Source: Mytilus edulis (lineage: Eukaryota). From it: a DNA stretch of 64,000 bases. Both the position numbers and the translations under genes were made by a program. Positions 1 to 13,358 of the stretch are shown piece by piece (position 1 is the stretch's first letter; each line of letters opens with the position of its first letter). The notes below the pieces were generated by a model. That model did no database searches. It was not told where the DNA came from and worked only from the letters and a program-made list of their open reading frames with translations. Where the stretch lies: positions 21,948,001 through 22,012,000 of the forward strand of contig NC_092349.1 in NCBI RefSeq assembly GCF_963676685.1. The letters run 5' to 3'.

Positions 1-2344
1 TAGCTTTATTTAAAGTAAGTTCAACAGGATAAATTTCATTAATATACATACTGAAGTCGTCATTATTGAGAGCCAAAATATCATCCAAATATCTAAAAGT
101 ATTATTAAATTTGTTTATCAGATGTTGTTTCGATGGGTCTTTGCTTATTTTTGTCATAAATTGTAACTCATAACAATACAAAAACAGGTCCGCAATAAGT
201 GGTGCACAGTTAGTCCCCATTGGAATTCCGATAATCTGACGATATACGGAATCACCAAAGCGAACAAAAATGTTATCTAGTAAAAATTCAAGGGCATATA
301 TAGTATCAAAGTATGTCCAATTAACATAGTTTTTTTGTTTATTGCTACTAAAAAATGACCTAAAAGAGTTTGAACATATATACTCACATTCTGATTTTTT
401 GAATGCCCATTTAATTAGGTGTGTGAATTTTTTCTTAATGAGAATGTGAGGCAATGTGGTATACAGGGTAGAAAAATCAAAACTTTGAACAGATTCAAAA
501 TCACCAATATAAGCATGCAATTTATCAAGTACTTCCAACGAGTTCTTGACACTCCAAAAGTAATTTATTCCACTATTTTCGAAGGCCTTATTTGAACAAT
601 TTATTATCAGGTTTTTAATTGTACCAAGTGTGCTGGTAAGAAGAATAGACAATTTAGTAGTTGAACAATGGCTTGAAGACGAAATAAATCTATATTTGTA
701 AGGGGTTTTGTGTAGCTTCGGAAGCCAATACATAGTTGGGACTTTCATTGTATTTGGCTCTGCTTGTAAAGCGGTGGCTAAAAGTTCATGTTTGTTACAG
801 ATTTCGTTTTCTGAAAATGGAGTCAGTTGGAATGTTGGTGAATTGGTGATTTCCTTTTTCAGAACCTCAATGTAAAATTTACGTCAAACAATAATAATAT
901 TATTAGCAGCTTTATCTGCCGGGACAAATACAAATTCCTTGGCTAGTTCTTTTAGTTTATGTTTGATACGAGAAATAGGTTTAATGTGGTTATTGTTTAT
1001 AGTAAAATGTTCTTTAAAATGTTGAATACGTATATCAACTATCTTCATTACTGAATTAAAAAAAGAGTCCAAAGATTTTTTGTCAGCTTTTTCCCGTTTT
1101 ATCCATTTCATACAGTAAGTATGGAGTGAGTCGTGGATGATATTACGACACTCATTCCAATTAATAATTGACGGGGGACGATATTTAGGTCCTTTACTGA
1201 GGAATGATTTTAACTCTCGGTCTTGAACGATGTTAAGATCTCCTGTTATAACATGGGAAATGGGTCCATAAATATATTCGGAATTACTGCAATTACATGA
1301 AGTAGGTGTATTTTCACTGATATTAGCATCTTTACACAATTGACTATAATTAAACACAAATTTTCGGGTAGATTTCTTGTAAATATAACAAATAAGAGGT
1401 AGCTCAGTATTGTCAAAATATCCAGGAATTTGTTCTTTAACAGAATGGTCGTTAAATATACCTGCAATATTTACAAAATCAAAGCCTTTATTGACATACT
1501 TAATTTTAATAAAATGTTTTTTATGATCTTCAGGGCGATCAATTTTGGGAAATAATTTAGAATAACAATATGCCATAATAATTTGAACAATTTCATACTT
1601 AGGACTGCTATATGAAATTGTGCTGCAATCCTCCAAAATTTTATTTAACTTATTAACCGGTAACGAACAGAGTTTTGTTAACAGATAATGTCTGCCGTTG
1701 TTTTTTGAAATAGAAATTAGGTCCGAAATATTGGTATGATTGGCCCGAAATTTTCTTTGATTGCGATTTGTTCTACGACCGTGAGAACGTTTTTTACGAA
1801 CAGTTTTAGAAACTATATCCAAAATGTTAATGGAATTGGTTCTAGATATATTACCAATTCCCATGATATTATCATTTAGACCGAGAGGGTAAACTGTCTG
1901 TAATCTTTTAATCCAATTTAATTCAATTATTTTCCGTGATCGTACAAACTTTGAATGCGATTCACCAGGCTGCTTATTTACTACTTCTAAAGGTTGAACT
2001 GCTAAATATTTAAAAGGATGGTTGTGGTTCTTAAGGTGTTGGTAAATGATACTTTTGAATTTATTGGGTCTTTTAAAACGATACAGATGTTCTTGTGTGC
2101 GTTTAGATAAATATCGTCCAGTTTCTCCTACGTACTGAATACCACACCCCGGTTTGTTTCATGTGAGTAAATAAATAATACTGTTTGTTTTTCAAGTTAT
2201 ATCAGTTTCAAAATTTAAAGAAAATGTGCGACCATTAAACGTGGACCTTACCGTATTGTTGGTGGAAAGACGGGGACATGTAAGTCATTTTTTGGCATGA
2301 CACTTATCGATAGAAGGGTAACCACGATTTTTATTGTTAAAAAC
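1..2344 (-). mobile_element. Penelope-like retroelement (Naiad-type, GIY-YIG endonuclease N-terminal to RT); ORF runs off the window edge and carries 4 in-frame TGA codons
   Basis: Manual minus-strand translation gives one frame from 2344 to 2 with no TAA/TAG: KCHAKK*LTCP...DIT*KTNSIIYLLT*NKPGCGIQYVGETGR...ELNWIKRLQTVYPLGLN (GIY-YIG), then VPADKAANNIIIV*RKFY, YWLPKLHK, FDFSTLYT, GIPMGTNCAPLIADLFLY, RYLDD (Penelope RT). TGAs at 2285-2287, 2192-2194, 2159-2161, 884-886. No ATG found between the upstream TAA (2345-2347) and the endonuclease. Confidence 0.95.
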
Positions 2345-3818
2345 TTATTTGTTTGTCTTGTTTATGATGAGTGTATTACAATCTAAATAAAAAAAGACTA
2401 TTAATTACTAGACATGTTACGAAAAGGTATATTCACGACGTTGAAATTGACAAATAACATATTAAATGTGGGGACTGTATCAAAACACAAAATATATTAC
2501 CTGTATACATTGAATATAATTTAAAAACTGCATTAATCCTTTAGAGGCAATTCGTATGGAACGAATATTAAATGACATTTGTACCATAAGAAATATAGGA
2601 AATTGATATTAATAAATTCCATAATATTTTTTAAGAAACTATAATGCAAAAAAATGGTGGGGGGAGGGGCACGGTCATGTAAATGCAGCAGTAGATGTAT
2701 ATGTGGGGGGAGGGGACGGAGTGTGTGAATTCTTGTGCTAGTCCTTAATAGACCTTACAAATAATCAAAGTATTATAATTCGTTTTATACCTACTCGTGA
2801 ATATATATGTAACGGTTATTTTTATATAGTTATGAAAAGCAAAGAAAGGAGTGTATGTATTTTGATCCAGTTGTTTGCCACCTAAATTTTTATCTAACAG
2901 GGTATGTTTTAAAACACTTAAAATACGATTTTTATGCAATTTTAACTTGAAACTTGTTGCATAATAGTTTTAGAAAATTTACTCACGGTCATATAGCGGC
3001 GAAGGCAAGTATTTTCTTCCTTTATTTCCTTCCAACTTTGTCTTAATTTAAACAGTTTCAGCTCAATTAGTATTTTCTTTATAAGGGGTATGTGATTGAT
3101 GATTGTTGGTTGCTTAACGTCCAGTGGCAAATATTTCATGCATGTTCAGAACGATAAGAGGTTTGTGTAAAATATGACTCACTACTCACCGGTTGAACAT
3201 CCCTGCAGAGTTCCAAAAGCATTGCATAATGACTTTGCATTTACACCTTAACTCCACCTTTTGCGGACATTGCATTCATACATAGGTTATTGTGGACAAC
3301 AGAAATCATATAAGATTTATTCGAAATGGTTTCACATATAGGACACCAAAATGATGCCCAACAGTATAATTTATTGCCTTTAATTGGACCTGGTTTGGAG
3401 TTCGATTTCCCACAGAATTTTGTCATCTTAGCGGGAAAAACATTATCCATGTCGATTTCCCCTCTTTATCCGCTACAGGCGCCATCAACTTAGAGCTAAC
3501 CACGAGCAGAAAGAAGAAAATATTAAAAAAAATTAATTTGCGTATATCAGAGTATCGGGTATATGTCACAGGAAGCTTATGGAGACAACAGACTGACGAA
3601 TCAATCAGACTGTAGAGCTTTGTGCGGGATTAGTGGAGCGACAGGTTGAACTTTGTCAGGAACTGTAATACAAAAAATAAAACTGACTAATATCTAACCA
3701 GCTTACTATGTTTATGTTATCAATCTGGAATCGAATGAACATGTATAACTCTCAGCCCTCCCTTTTCTAGCCCGCCTATTCCTCCACGCATACACTTTTC
3801 ATGTCACGATAGGCTGGA

Positions 3819-3940
3819 CAGTGGCGGATCAAATGGGAGGGGGTCCGAGGGTTGGAACCCCCTTTTTTGGACGATCAATGCATTTGAATGGGGACATATG
3901 GTTTGAAACCCCCTTTTTAAAATGGCTGGATCCGCCCCTG
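3819..3940. mobile_element. Short MITE-like element with terminal inverted repeats
   Basis: Ends CAGTGGCGGATC ... GATCCGCCCCTG (11/12 inverted match); GC-rich island in AT-rich DNA; no recognisable TSD. Confidence 0.65.
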
Positions 3941-4577
3941 CAAGCAATGATAACACAAAAGAAATTTTCATATAGGATGTTACATAATGAGACTCTAGAT
4001 AATTGTGATTTGAAGTAACCAAGAGGTGTAGAATTTAAATGTTACCTGTTTAAATCTATAATCAATGTTTTGACACCGTCCCCAAATTTAAAGTCTAATT
4101 TGTCAACCTCAAGGTCGAGAATATACCTTTTCGTAACATGTCTATTAGTATGTCATATATTATGTCAATCATGTCCAACTATATCAGATCTACAAAGTTA
4201 AAAAAAAAAGAATGTTTAATCGTTATAAAACACAAATATTGTGCAAAGGTAAATGAACGTTACATATAAAGTATGGAATATATAGTTCGACCTACTCAAA
4301 TAATCAAAAGGATGAAATGATAAGATCAATTAGACAAGTTCTTAAACTGTTATGGGAAATGAATCTCAGTTGTATGATAAATCTTGTTTATCCGCGACAA
4401 ATAATCGCAAAGTTTGTTTTTCGGCGAAAATATTTTGTGTAATGATGAATAAAATTATCAGCAGAATTTATTGATAACTGTCGTGCACATAAGTGTCTAA
4501 ATATGTGCAAGCCGAAAGGTTTTATCACTCCTATGTTAATGTGATAACATGAATTTATCTTCCAGAACTTCTGCAAA

Positions 4578-6078
4578 ATGAGAGCCTACTTCGCTATATG
4601 TGTCTTATTGATTTGTCTGTCGGGTAAGTTTGCATTACTAAAGAAAATGTCCATTTATTAAAGTCTTTATGAATATCATTTATATAGTCATGTTTATAAA
4701 TTTCCTGTTAACAATAATTTGAATTCTTCGAAAAACTAAGGATTTTCTTACCCCAGACATAGATTACCTTTGGCGCACAACATTTTAGAATTTAATTCTG
4801 AGCTTCACTGATGAGTCTTCTGTAGACCAAGCGCGCGTCTGACGTATTAAATCATAATCCTGGTACCTTTTAGAACTATTCATATTTCTTCATAAGGTTT
4901 GAACTTGTATTCTTATATCTACACTAAAGTAAGAGTACGGAAGCGTCAAAAAATATAATTAGAAACATTAGGAAATGTAGTAAGTCTGCCAATGAATAAC
5001 AAAATCTCACTTAAATCTCAGTTTCAAACTGTAGTGATAGATCATTAAACGAAACTTGTAATGTCTTTTGTAAAATTTATCATAACATTACATTGCTTTG
5101 AAAAAAGAGGTCAACTCTTCAGTCTTTTTTTTATACAATAGTGGGTGCCCGATGTTGGCGTGTGGACTCTCTTTCTGTTAAGTGTCTGGAATTGATTAGT
5201 TTGAAATATTTAGGAGCCGTTGACTATACAAGATAGGTCATATTTTTAGTGTGAACATTTGATAAGCTATTACATGTATTTTGTGAGCTAGTACGTCTAA
5301 ATGTATTTTCATAAAACAATCATTTACTTTCGTGCGTCCGTAGCCTTTATCATAATTGGTCAAAGTCAAACATTTGGAAACTAATCATATGGAATACACA
5401 TAAACACGCATATTTTTTTTTTGACGAACTCAAAAGATCAACTTCTGCATCTTCAAAGAAGAATTTAAGAACATATTTGAATAAGATTAATCACAAACCA
5501 ATCAATACAGAGCTGACGTATTTCCGTCGTTTCCTCAAACAAAACATAATATCACTTCTTAATTTTAAACTTTCTTACCTGTCATATAAGTTTTAGATAT
5601 ACTGGGTTTTGTATTAAACAATTGGATTATGCTATATCAAACACTTACGTAATCTCTCTTATGCGTCATGTGAAGATATTGCGTTCGCTGTCCTTTTACC
5701 CGTTAACTTAATTTCCGACCATCAAATCACCAATTAATGTTGTCGAAGCTTTAAATAAAACACATTTATTATCTTTCAAACAGCGATATAATAATTTCCT
5801 ATTCTGTTGATATAGCATCATCAAATGTACTATCAAATATATAGTTATAGTAAAACGTCTTTTCAATGAAAATCGTAACCTTATTTTTGTGATGTTTTAA
5901 TTAACAATTACAATATATTTTAGGTTTGGAGAATACTGATGCTGTGAAGTGCTTTAAAAGTTATTGTAGTCCTAGAGGTGATAGTTGCAGATCCGTATGT
6001 CGTTCCCATTATTGTGGCAGTAAATATCAATGTGTCGAAGGAAGGAAATGCTGCTGTGATGGTTGTAGACATAATTAA
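4578..6078 (+). CDS. Secreted 10-Cys peptide, paralog 1 (66 aa precursor; defensin/mytilin-like spacing)
   Basis: Exons 4578-4623 (G|gtaagt, phase 1) and 5924-6078 (tttag|). MRAYFAICVLLICLSGLENTDA-VKCFKSYCSPRGDSCRSVCRSHYCGSKYQCVEGRKCCCDGCRHN*. Acceptor ttccag| at 4565; possible non-coding exon 1 donor at 4249. Absent from the ORF track. Confidence 0.93.
4690..4880 (+). repeat. Degenerate hammerhead-bearing (retrozyme-type) repeat in intron of paralog 1
   Basis: CTGATGAGTCTTCTGTAGAC-CAAG-CGCGCGTCTGACGT at ~4808-4845; the GAAA core is mutated; flanks match the other copies at 16.3, 22.1 and 24.1 kb. Confidence 0.75.
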
Positions 6079-9000
6079 TAACCAGAAATAAACAGAACAT
6101 CAAATTGTGAACCGTGTAGATATAAGCATATTAAAATATTGCATAATCATGTATTATGTAAAAGAAAATTATTTGGTGAATTATTCTGATTTTTATAAAT
6201 TTCTTTTATATTGCAATTTTTTAGAAAGTTTATGTTAGTTATTGCTTGTTTTTTCAACCTCCTTAAAACCCCCAATTTTTACTCGTTTTACAGAAACTAC
6301 TACGAAGCCGAACTTATTAAGGACGTGAAACATAAAATTTAGTCAAATTGTATCAGTTTAAATATGAATTAATGCAGTAGTGAACCAGTGTACGTATCAT
6401 ATCAATCGACTACGAATAGGTTACAAAGAAAAATTAATAAAACTGAATGTATCGACAGGGTAAAATGTTTCTAGCAGTAAAAAGATGTGGTATGATTCAC
6501 AATGATACAACACATTTTAAGAGACCAAAGTCATTGAAGTTATGTTGCAACTACAGGTCACAGTACGATCGTCAACAATCAGTTAAACCCATATCACGTA
6601 GCAAGCTATATAAGTCCCCGTAAAGACTTATGCTAAACAATCCAACGGCCTGGTGTACAAAACAACAAACATAAAAACAAACATGATACCCATCAACAAG
6701 CTAAAACCATTGAAGCACAGGCTCTCTCTACTTAGAATAGGCATATACATAATTAGACTTTTAACCATGCAACAATAACACGTTAACACGTATTTAAAAG
6801 TCAGTGAAAATTATGCGTTCCTCACCCACTATGCGAATTCAAACTCAACCAAAAGGTAATAATCGGGAAATACGACATTTTAGTTGACAAATTTAGAGAA
6901 GAGAAATATATGATGGGTATCTAAAGAAATAAGTCTTGAAAACCCTGTCTTTATTAGTTGTTCTGCCTTATTACTCTGCTGGAGCAGTTTAATCAATAGA
7001 GCTCGTGCGTGTTCATGAATTGACCAAAATTACCTGTTATGTGCAGTGATTGGGTTTAAAAGTTTAATGTGTAATTGTTCTTTAGGATTCAGGTTTAAAT
7101 ACAGATTCAGGTAATAGTCTACACTGTACTTAGCTGTGTACCCAAAATGTCTACATGATATCGAGCAGTTATGGAACTTAAATCTTTCTTTGTAAACTTT
7201 ATTTTTTCAAATTGCTTCAAAATGTTTTTTTTTCAGTTTTGACATATTCTATACTAAAACTACATATCAGAGTTATTTCCGCTTCTGCATTTGACAATAG
7301 TGATGTATAATTGTAAATATCTTACCGGTTATCATAATGATCAGTTTTATATTGAATTCATATACTTTGTCCACCAATAGAAATATAAGAAGAACTTCAT
7401 ACGTCAAAGACAAGGTTTAACCTATGAGTATTTGCTTAGCTTGATTATCCATAGAAACCATAAACTTTATAGTTATATATATATATATGTGTGTGGTGAA
7501 TGAGTTATATCACCATATCCCAAACTTTATTACAGGTTAATTTAAATATAAAAGGGAGAATTTTCCAATTAGATGTCAACGTGCCCTATCAAATAAGATA
7601 TATGTGGTACGGCAAACTATTTAGCTATAATATTTTGTCGATATCTTATATGGTTTCTAAGGAGAAGCACTCGCCAGTAAACTTAATCTTGACGTACATA
7701 TATAGATCATTGAGCGAGAGTTTTGTTTTATAAACTTCAAATTGAGAAGTAGGTCAAGGTAAAATTTTACGATCTCGATTTTGACCATTTCTATCATCTC
7801 TTTTCTGGTATATAATGACTTCAATGGATCTTTTTTATTAGAATGCAGACATATTACCTTAAAAAAAAGGAATTGACATTTTGTAATGGAAAAGTGCAAA
7901 TAGCAACTTCCCTTCGTTAATATTTGAATTCGCACATAACAGTAATAGCTAGTTAAAAATGTTAAGATATATATAAACCTTTTAAGTTTCTACAATCAAA
8001 TACCTATCAAATAGTTCAACTCATCACTTGTCTACTACATAAATTATAGAAAGATATATAAAAAAAACACTCAACTGCACAAACAATTCACATAACATAA
8101 AGTCTAGAACGACAACATTGATATGTAATAAAACTGTCACTAGAAAAGAAATCCTCTTTATATTAACACTGTTGTTGATCAACCTAACCTTTCGTAATGG
8201 GAAAACAAACGTTTATGTAACAGATCCCACCTATAAATTGATAAAATTTTAATATTGTATCAACGTAATATTGATGACATTTTTACCAATTGTATCTGTT
8301 TGTTTTGTTCACAGATCGTTGTCACTATAATTAAATTTGATGCGACTGTAATGCAAGGGAGGCGTTAAGCTATCTTTATAATCAGGTTAAATCCACCATT
8401 TTCTACATAAGAAAATGCCTGTACCAAGTCAGGAATATGACAGTCGTTATCCATTCGTTTGATGTGTTTGGGCTTTTGATTTTGCCCTTTGATAAGGGAT
8501 CTTCCGTTTTGATTTTTCCTCAGACTTCAGTATTTTTGTGATTTTACTTTTTATATAAATAAGAAGTTGTGGTGTGAGTGCCAATGAAAAAACGCGCAAT
8601 GGGTATTCTCCTACGAGTATGTGTACACTTTGGCATTGTATGTTACCGGTTTTTTCTCTCGTTGATTTCAAAACGCTCAATAGAGTAGATAACGAGTTAC
8701 TCACTTTTGTAAACTGAGATCGTTTTTATTCTTTTTAATTTACTTATATGAGCTGCTGTTTGTCGGTCATTATGGAAAAACAATCATTTTATATAACACT
8801 TTCACCAAAAATGCATTTTGTATAATTTTTTCGCTATTTGGCTATGGTGTAGGCAGTTTTATTTTTTACTTTTGACTTTAAAAGTCCCTTTGGTGTCCTT
8901 CCCCTTTCTTTTGCTAAAGTATTTTTTTATGACAATCTGATGTAAATAATATAATAGGTATAGAACTCTTATAGAATATTTTTCATCATTATTTGGAAAG

Positions 9001-11448
9001 AATGGATCGGTACGGAAACTTTCAAATAAAGGACAAGGTATGATACGGGACGTTTTTGGCCCCTCTCAAAATAAGCTCATATTCATATCATTGATAGCCT
9101 TTATATAGAAACTTGAGAAAACAATGATTTTTGTATGTTCGGTCAAGGGATGGTTGCCTAGCAACGATTTTATTAAAAATCAAAATAATCTCTTATGGAC
9201 AGTATTATCTAAACAAATGAACTCAATTCCAAATGTTATTGTTTACTTTATAGGAACCTGAAGCTACGACCGAATGTTCACGTTAAATTTCAATGAATTA
9301 AAATACTTTGCAACAACCTAGCAACAAGATTGTTGCCTAGCAACAGTTCAAATTTTCGTCAGTTTTCCCTCTGGGATATCAAATAATAGCAATATTTGTA
9401 GATTTTAAAATCTAAATTGGTGTTTAGACATATATGGTTGATCAGTCATCATTATTTGTTTTGTGGATGTTGATATCAAGCATAGCAACACAAATATTTC
9501 TTAGCAACATACAAAAACTGATAATTAGAGAAATGTGAGCACAATCATATTATTGTACAAATAAAAATAAAAACAAAAAGATTACATATAAGAATACATA
9601 ACTGTTAGAAATAAAAGTAATTTCCATTGAATTTCATATCTATCAACAACCTTTCAATAAACAATATTGTGTCTAGCAACAGTTAAATAATGATTCTTTT
9701 TTTTTTAATCTCAAGCATGAGTTTTGGTAATTTTTAAAAACTTTTTTTCGCACTGTTTACACTATATTATTGATATCTTCATCAATCGTCTTTTATTAAG
9801 AGGTGTATATTTTGCAAAGCAACACAAATGTTGCTAAGCAGCTATCAATCATGTTTAAATTAAATACAACTACTATTTTCATTGTACAGATAAACACTCG
9901 TCCGATTTTCTAGTTCTGTTTAAAAGACTTGATAGAAATAAAAAAAGTCAGTTCAATTGTAACTTTTCTCAGTAACTATCATACTGACATCCAGCTAAAG
10001 CATATGCAGAAGAGAAGATTGCCATATCGACATTGTTTGCTTTACTGTAAATAATAATCATAAAATTATGTAGTTTGTGCCATTTATGGATTGATTTAAG
10101 AAAGTTAATTTAAAGTGATGATATTTTTTCATATCAGATTTCATTCATACGTTTGTACATAGTATTGGTAAGTGTCAATTTCATATTTAACCATCGGCGT
10201 TCACATACAAATAACTCATGAGTAATTCTCTTGTTGATACACTTTTATTCTAATAAATAGACTTTCACATGAACTTGTATGAGTCAGCAGTTATTGTTGA
10301 TGTTCTTTACATTAGTAATACATGTAATAACAAATTGAGTAATAAAAAAGAACTTTTAGGGGAACTTATCTTTATAAACAATAGTAAGAGTTATAAATAA
10401 AGCATAGACTGCCTTACCATTAAACTACATTTAAACACAAAGCGACTTAAAATACTATTGAAAAATGAGTAGCGGATCACAAAGTATTCTATAACAAAAG
10501 CGTGTTACTTCTAGAATTCGATTTTTATCTGTTAGGGAACTGTTAATCAATTACAGGGACATTTTAAATGCGTTACAACGATTGCAAAGTTCAGTGTTTG
10601 TCAACACTTCATATAAGGAAAATGCGTAAAAAAGGTGACCTCCATGAACTATAACATTTTTCTCTAAAACATATTATAATGCCTGATTTCTTGAAATTAA
10701 CACACAACGTCTCTGATAGATAGTTGTCACAGTTGCAAACAGTAATAACAATGTACTAGGCATAAAATATTTTACTAAAACTCTACATCTTAAATTGATA
10801 AGATATCTTAAACGTGCTTTAATAGTAAGTTACTGTTGTAACCAATAGTATTAATGGAAATTGACATTAGTTAAAAGACACACTTGTTTTATTTTTGAAA
10901 ATTATAGAAATGTGATTACATATTGAATGTGAAAACAGCACGTCTCTAAAATGACCTTCTTTCAATTTAGATTATAACAGCAATTTACATCTTATGAATT
11001 AACAATAATAGTTGCTAGGAGTTTGTTTAAATCATTCATAGACACGTTTAATGTCATTCTTCTACATATGAATCAACACTTTCTACGTCAGACATGTCAG
11101 ACTCTTCAGGAACATCTTTAGCATTGAGTATGGAACTCAAAAACTTAAAGGCAACATTAATATAATAGTGTTATTTTAAAATTCATCCTTGAAAGCCAAA
11201 TTTTCTTACTGCTGAGTGCAAGTGCACCCCAGTAGCCAGTACTTCGGTACTGGCATGAAAATACGGATTTTTTGTGTTATTAAAATTTACTGTTACAAAA
11301 TGATAGAAATTATTATAAATTAAGGAATGTATCTCCCTCATGCAAAGCTCTGATTCCTTTCACGGATTTGGCTATACTTTTAGGACCTTTTGGATTATAG
11401 CTCTTCATCTTTTATATAAGCTTTGGATTACAAATATTTTGGCCACGA

Positions 11449-11492
11449 GCATCACTGAAGAGACATGTATTGTCGAAATGCGCATCTGGTGC
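11449..11492 (+). ncRNA. Type I hammerhead ribozyme, copy 1
   Basis: Stem I GCATCA/TGGTGC; core CTGAAGA; stem II GACA-tgtat-TGTC; GAAA; palindromic stem III TGCGCA; cleavage triplet ATC (cut after 11486). Confidence 0.92.
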
Positions 11493-11798
11493 AAGAAAAT
11501 TGGTACCGTTAATTTTATTACTACCACTGGGTCGATGCTTCTGTTGGTGGACTATTAGTCCCCGAGGGTATCACCAACTAGTAGCCAGTACTTCGGTACT
11601 GGCATGAAAATACGGATTTTTTTGTGTTATTAAAATTTACTGTTACAAAATGATAGAAATTATTTTAAGTTAAGGAATGTATCACCCTCATGCAAAGCTC
11701 TGATTCCTTTCACGGATTTGGCTATACTTTTAGGACCTTTTGGATTATAGCTCTTCATCTTTTATATAAGCTTTGGATTACAAATATTTTGGCCACGA

Positions 11799-11842
11799 GC
11801 ATCACTGAAGAGACATGTATTGTCGAAATGCGCATCTGGTGC
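11799..11842 (+). ncRNA. Type I hammerhead ribozyme, copy 2
   Basis: Identical to 11449-11492. Confidence 0.92.
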
Positions 11843-12148
11843 AAGAAAATTGGTACCGTTAATTTTATTAATACCACTGGGTCGATGCCTCTGCTGGTGG
11901 ACTATAAGTCCCCGAGGGTATCACCACCCCAGTAGCCAGTACTTCGGTACTGTCATGAAAATACGGTTTTTTTGTGTTATTAAAATTTACTGTTACAAAA
12001 TGATAAAAATTATAATAAATTAAGGAATGTATCTCCCTCATGCAAAGCTCTGATTCCTTTCACGGATTTGGCTATACTTTTAGGACCTTTTGGATTATAG
12101 CTCTTCATCTTTTATATAAGCTTTGGATTACAATTATTTTGGCCACGA

Positions 12149-12192
12149 GCATCACTGAAGAGACATGTATTGTCGAAATGCGCATCTGGTGC
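12149..12192 (+). ncRNA. Type I hammerhead ribozyme, copy 3
   Basis: Identical to 11449-11492. Confidence 0.92.
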
Positions 12193-12498
12193 AAGAAAAT
12201 TGGTACCGTTAATTTTATTACTACCACTGGGTCGATGCTTCTGCTGGTGGACTATTAGTCCCCGAGGGTATCACCACCCCAGTAGCCAGTACTTCGGTAC
12301 TGGCATGAAAATACGGATTTTTTGTGTTATTAAAATTTACTGTTACAAAATGATAGAAATTATTATAAATTAAGGAATGTATCTCCCTCATGCAAAGCTC
12401 TGATTCCTTTCACGGATTTGGCTATACTTTTAGGACCTTTTGGATTATAGCTCTTCATCTTTTATATAAGCTTTGGATTACAAATATTTTGGCCACGA

Positions 12499-12542
12499 GT
12501 ATCGCTGAAGAGACATGTATTGTCGAAATGCGCATCTGGTGC
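12499..12542 (+). ncRNA. Type I hammerhead ribozyme, copy 4
   Basis: Same core; stem I 5' strand is GTATCG, two transitions that still pair with TGGTGC as G:U wobbles. Confidence 0.88.
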
Positions 12543-13161
12543 AAGAAAATTGGTACTGTTAATTTTATTAAAGTCATAAATCGATTAAGAGTTTAAAAAA
12601 AAACAATGGTAACACAGCACCTATAAGAGAAAAACAACGGAACAACAAAAACACTGAAGAGCAACAATGTTAATAGTTAAGATACTCTCTTCTCACACCT
12701 CCACAATTAATATTAGGATTCCCTTAACCTTAAGCTTGACAATGGATTTTTGGATTCCATTTCCCTCACCTATACTCCATTCCGTCTCCTCACAATATGC
12801 TTACTTGGATTCCTTCGATCAACTTTTTCAACAATACATACTCAGACTCCTTTCCCCTATCCTCCATTGTACAAAATCAGAATTGGAAAGAAAGATTATC
12901 ATAAGTATACAAATGTATATCAATATTTCAGAAGAGTTGGCCTTTTTCATGTCTTGAATAGCTTCATACAAAATGTACTTTATGACACGAGTTTACACCT
13001 TCGATAAATTACAGAAAAAGCTATCAAAATCTTCTTGAATAACAAACAGGGTTTTCTTGTCTTTGAAATTTTAACAACTTTTTGGAATTTTGGATATTTA
13101 AGTGCTCTTCAACTTTTTACTTGTTTGGCTGTCTTACTATTTTTATCTGAGCGTGACTGAT

Positions 13162-13358
13162 TAATAAATAAAGGCAAAAGTATTATACCGCTGTTCAAAA
13201 CTCGTAAATCCATGGACAAAACACAAAATCGGGGTAACAAACTAAAACTGAAGGAAACGCATTAGATATAAGAGGAGAACAACGACACAACATTAAAATG
13301 TAACACACAGAGAGAAACGGACTAAGCATTAGACAAAATCCGATGAAAATAACAAATA
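13162..13358 (-). mobile_element. 5'-truncated retroposon (SINE or LINE 3' end) with 8-bp TSD, inserted into a hammerhead core
   Basis: TGACTGAT at 13154-13161 and 13359-13366. The insert matches the dispersed repeat ending ...AACAGCGGTATACTACTGTTGCCTTTATT seen at ~13800, ~27360 and ~63450. Confidence 0.8.

Larger units (their letters stand above)
11225..12570 (+). repeat. 350-bp tandem repeat, ~3.8 copies (non-LTR retrozyme array)
   Basis: Near-identical units at a period of 350 bp (identical ORF artefacts at 11340, 11690, 12040, 12390); each unit holds one hammerhead ribozyme. Confidence 0.95.

Noticed and set aside
3593-3625. CTGACGA as a hammerhead core near the Naiad 5' region
   Set aside because: No stem II, GAAA or stem I partner follows.
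11340-12596. Repeated 67-81 aa ORFs (MQSSDSFHG...)
   Set aside because: By-products of the 350-bp ribozyme repeat; stop positions vary between units.
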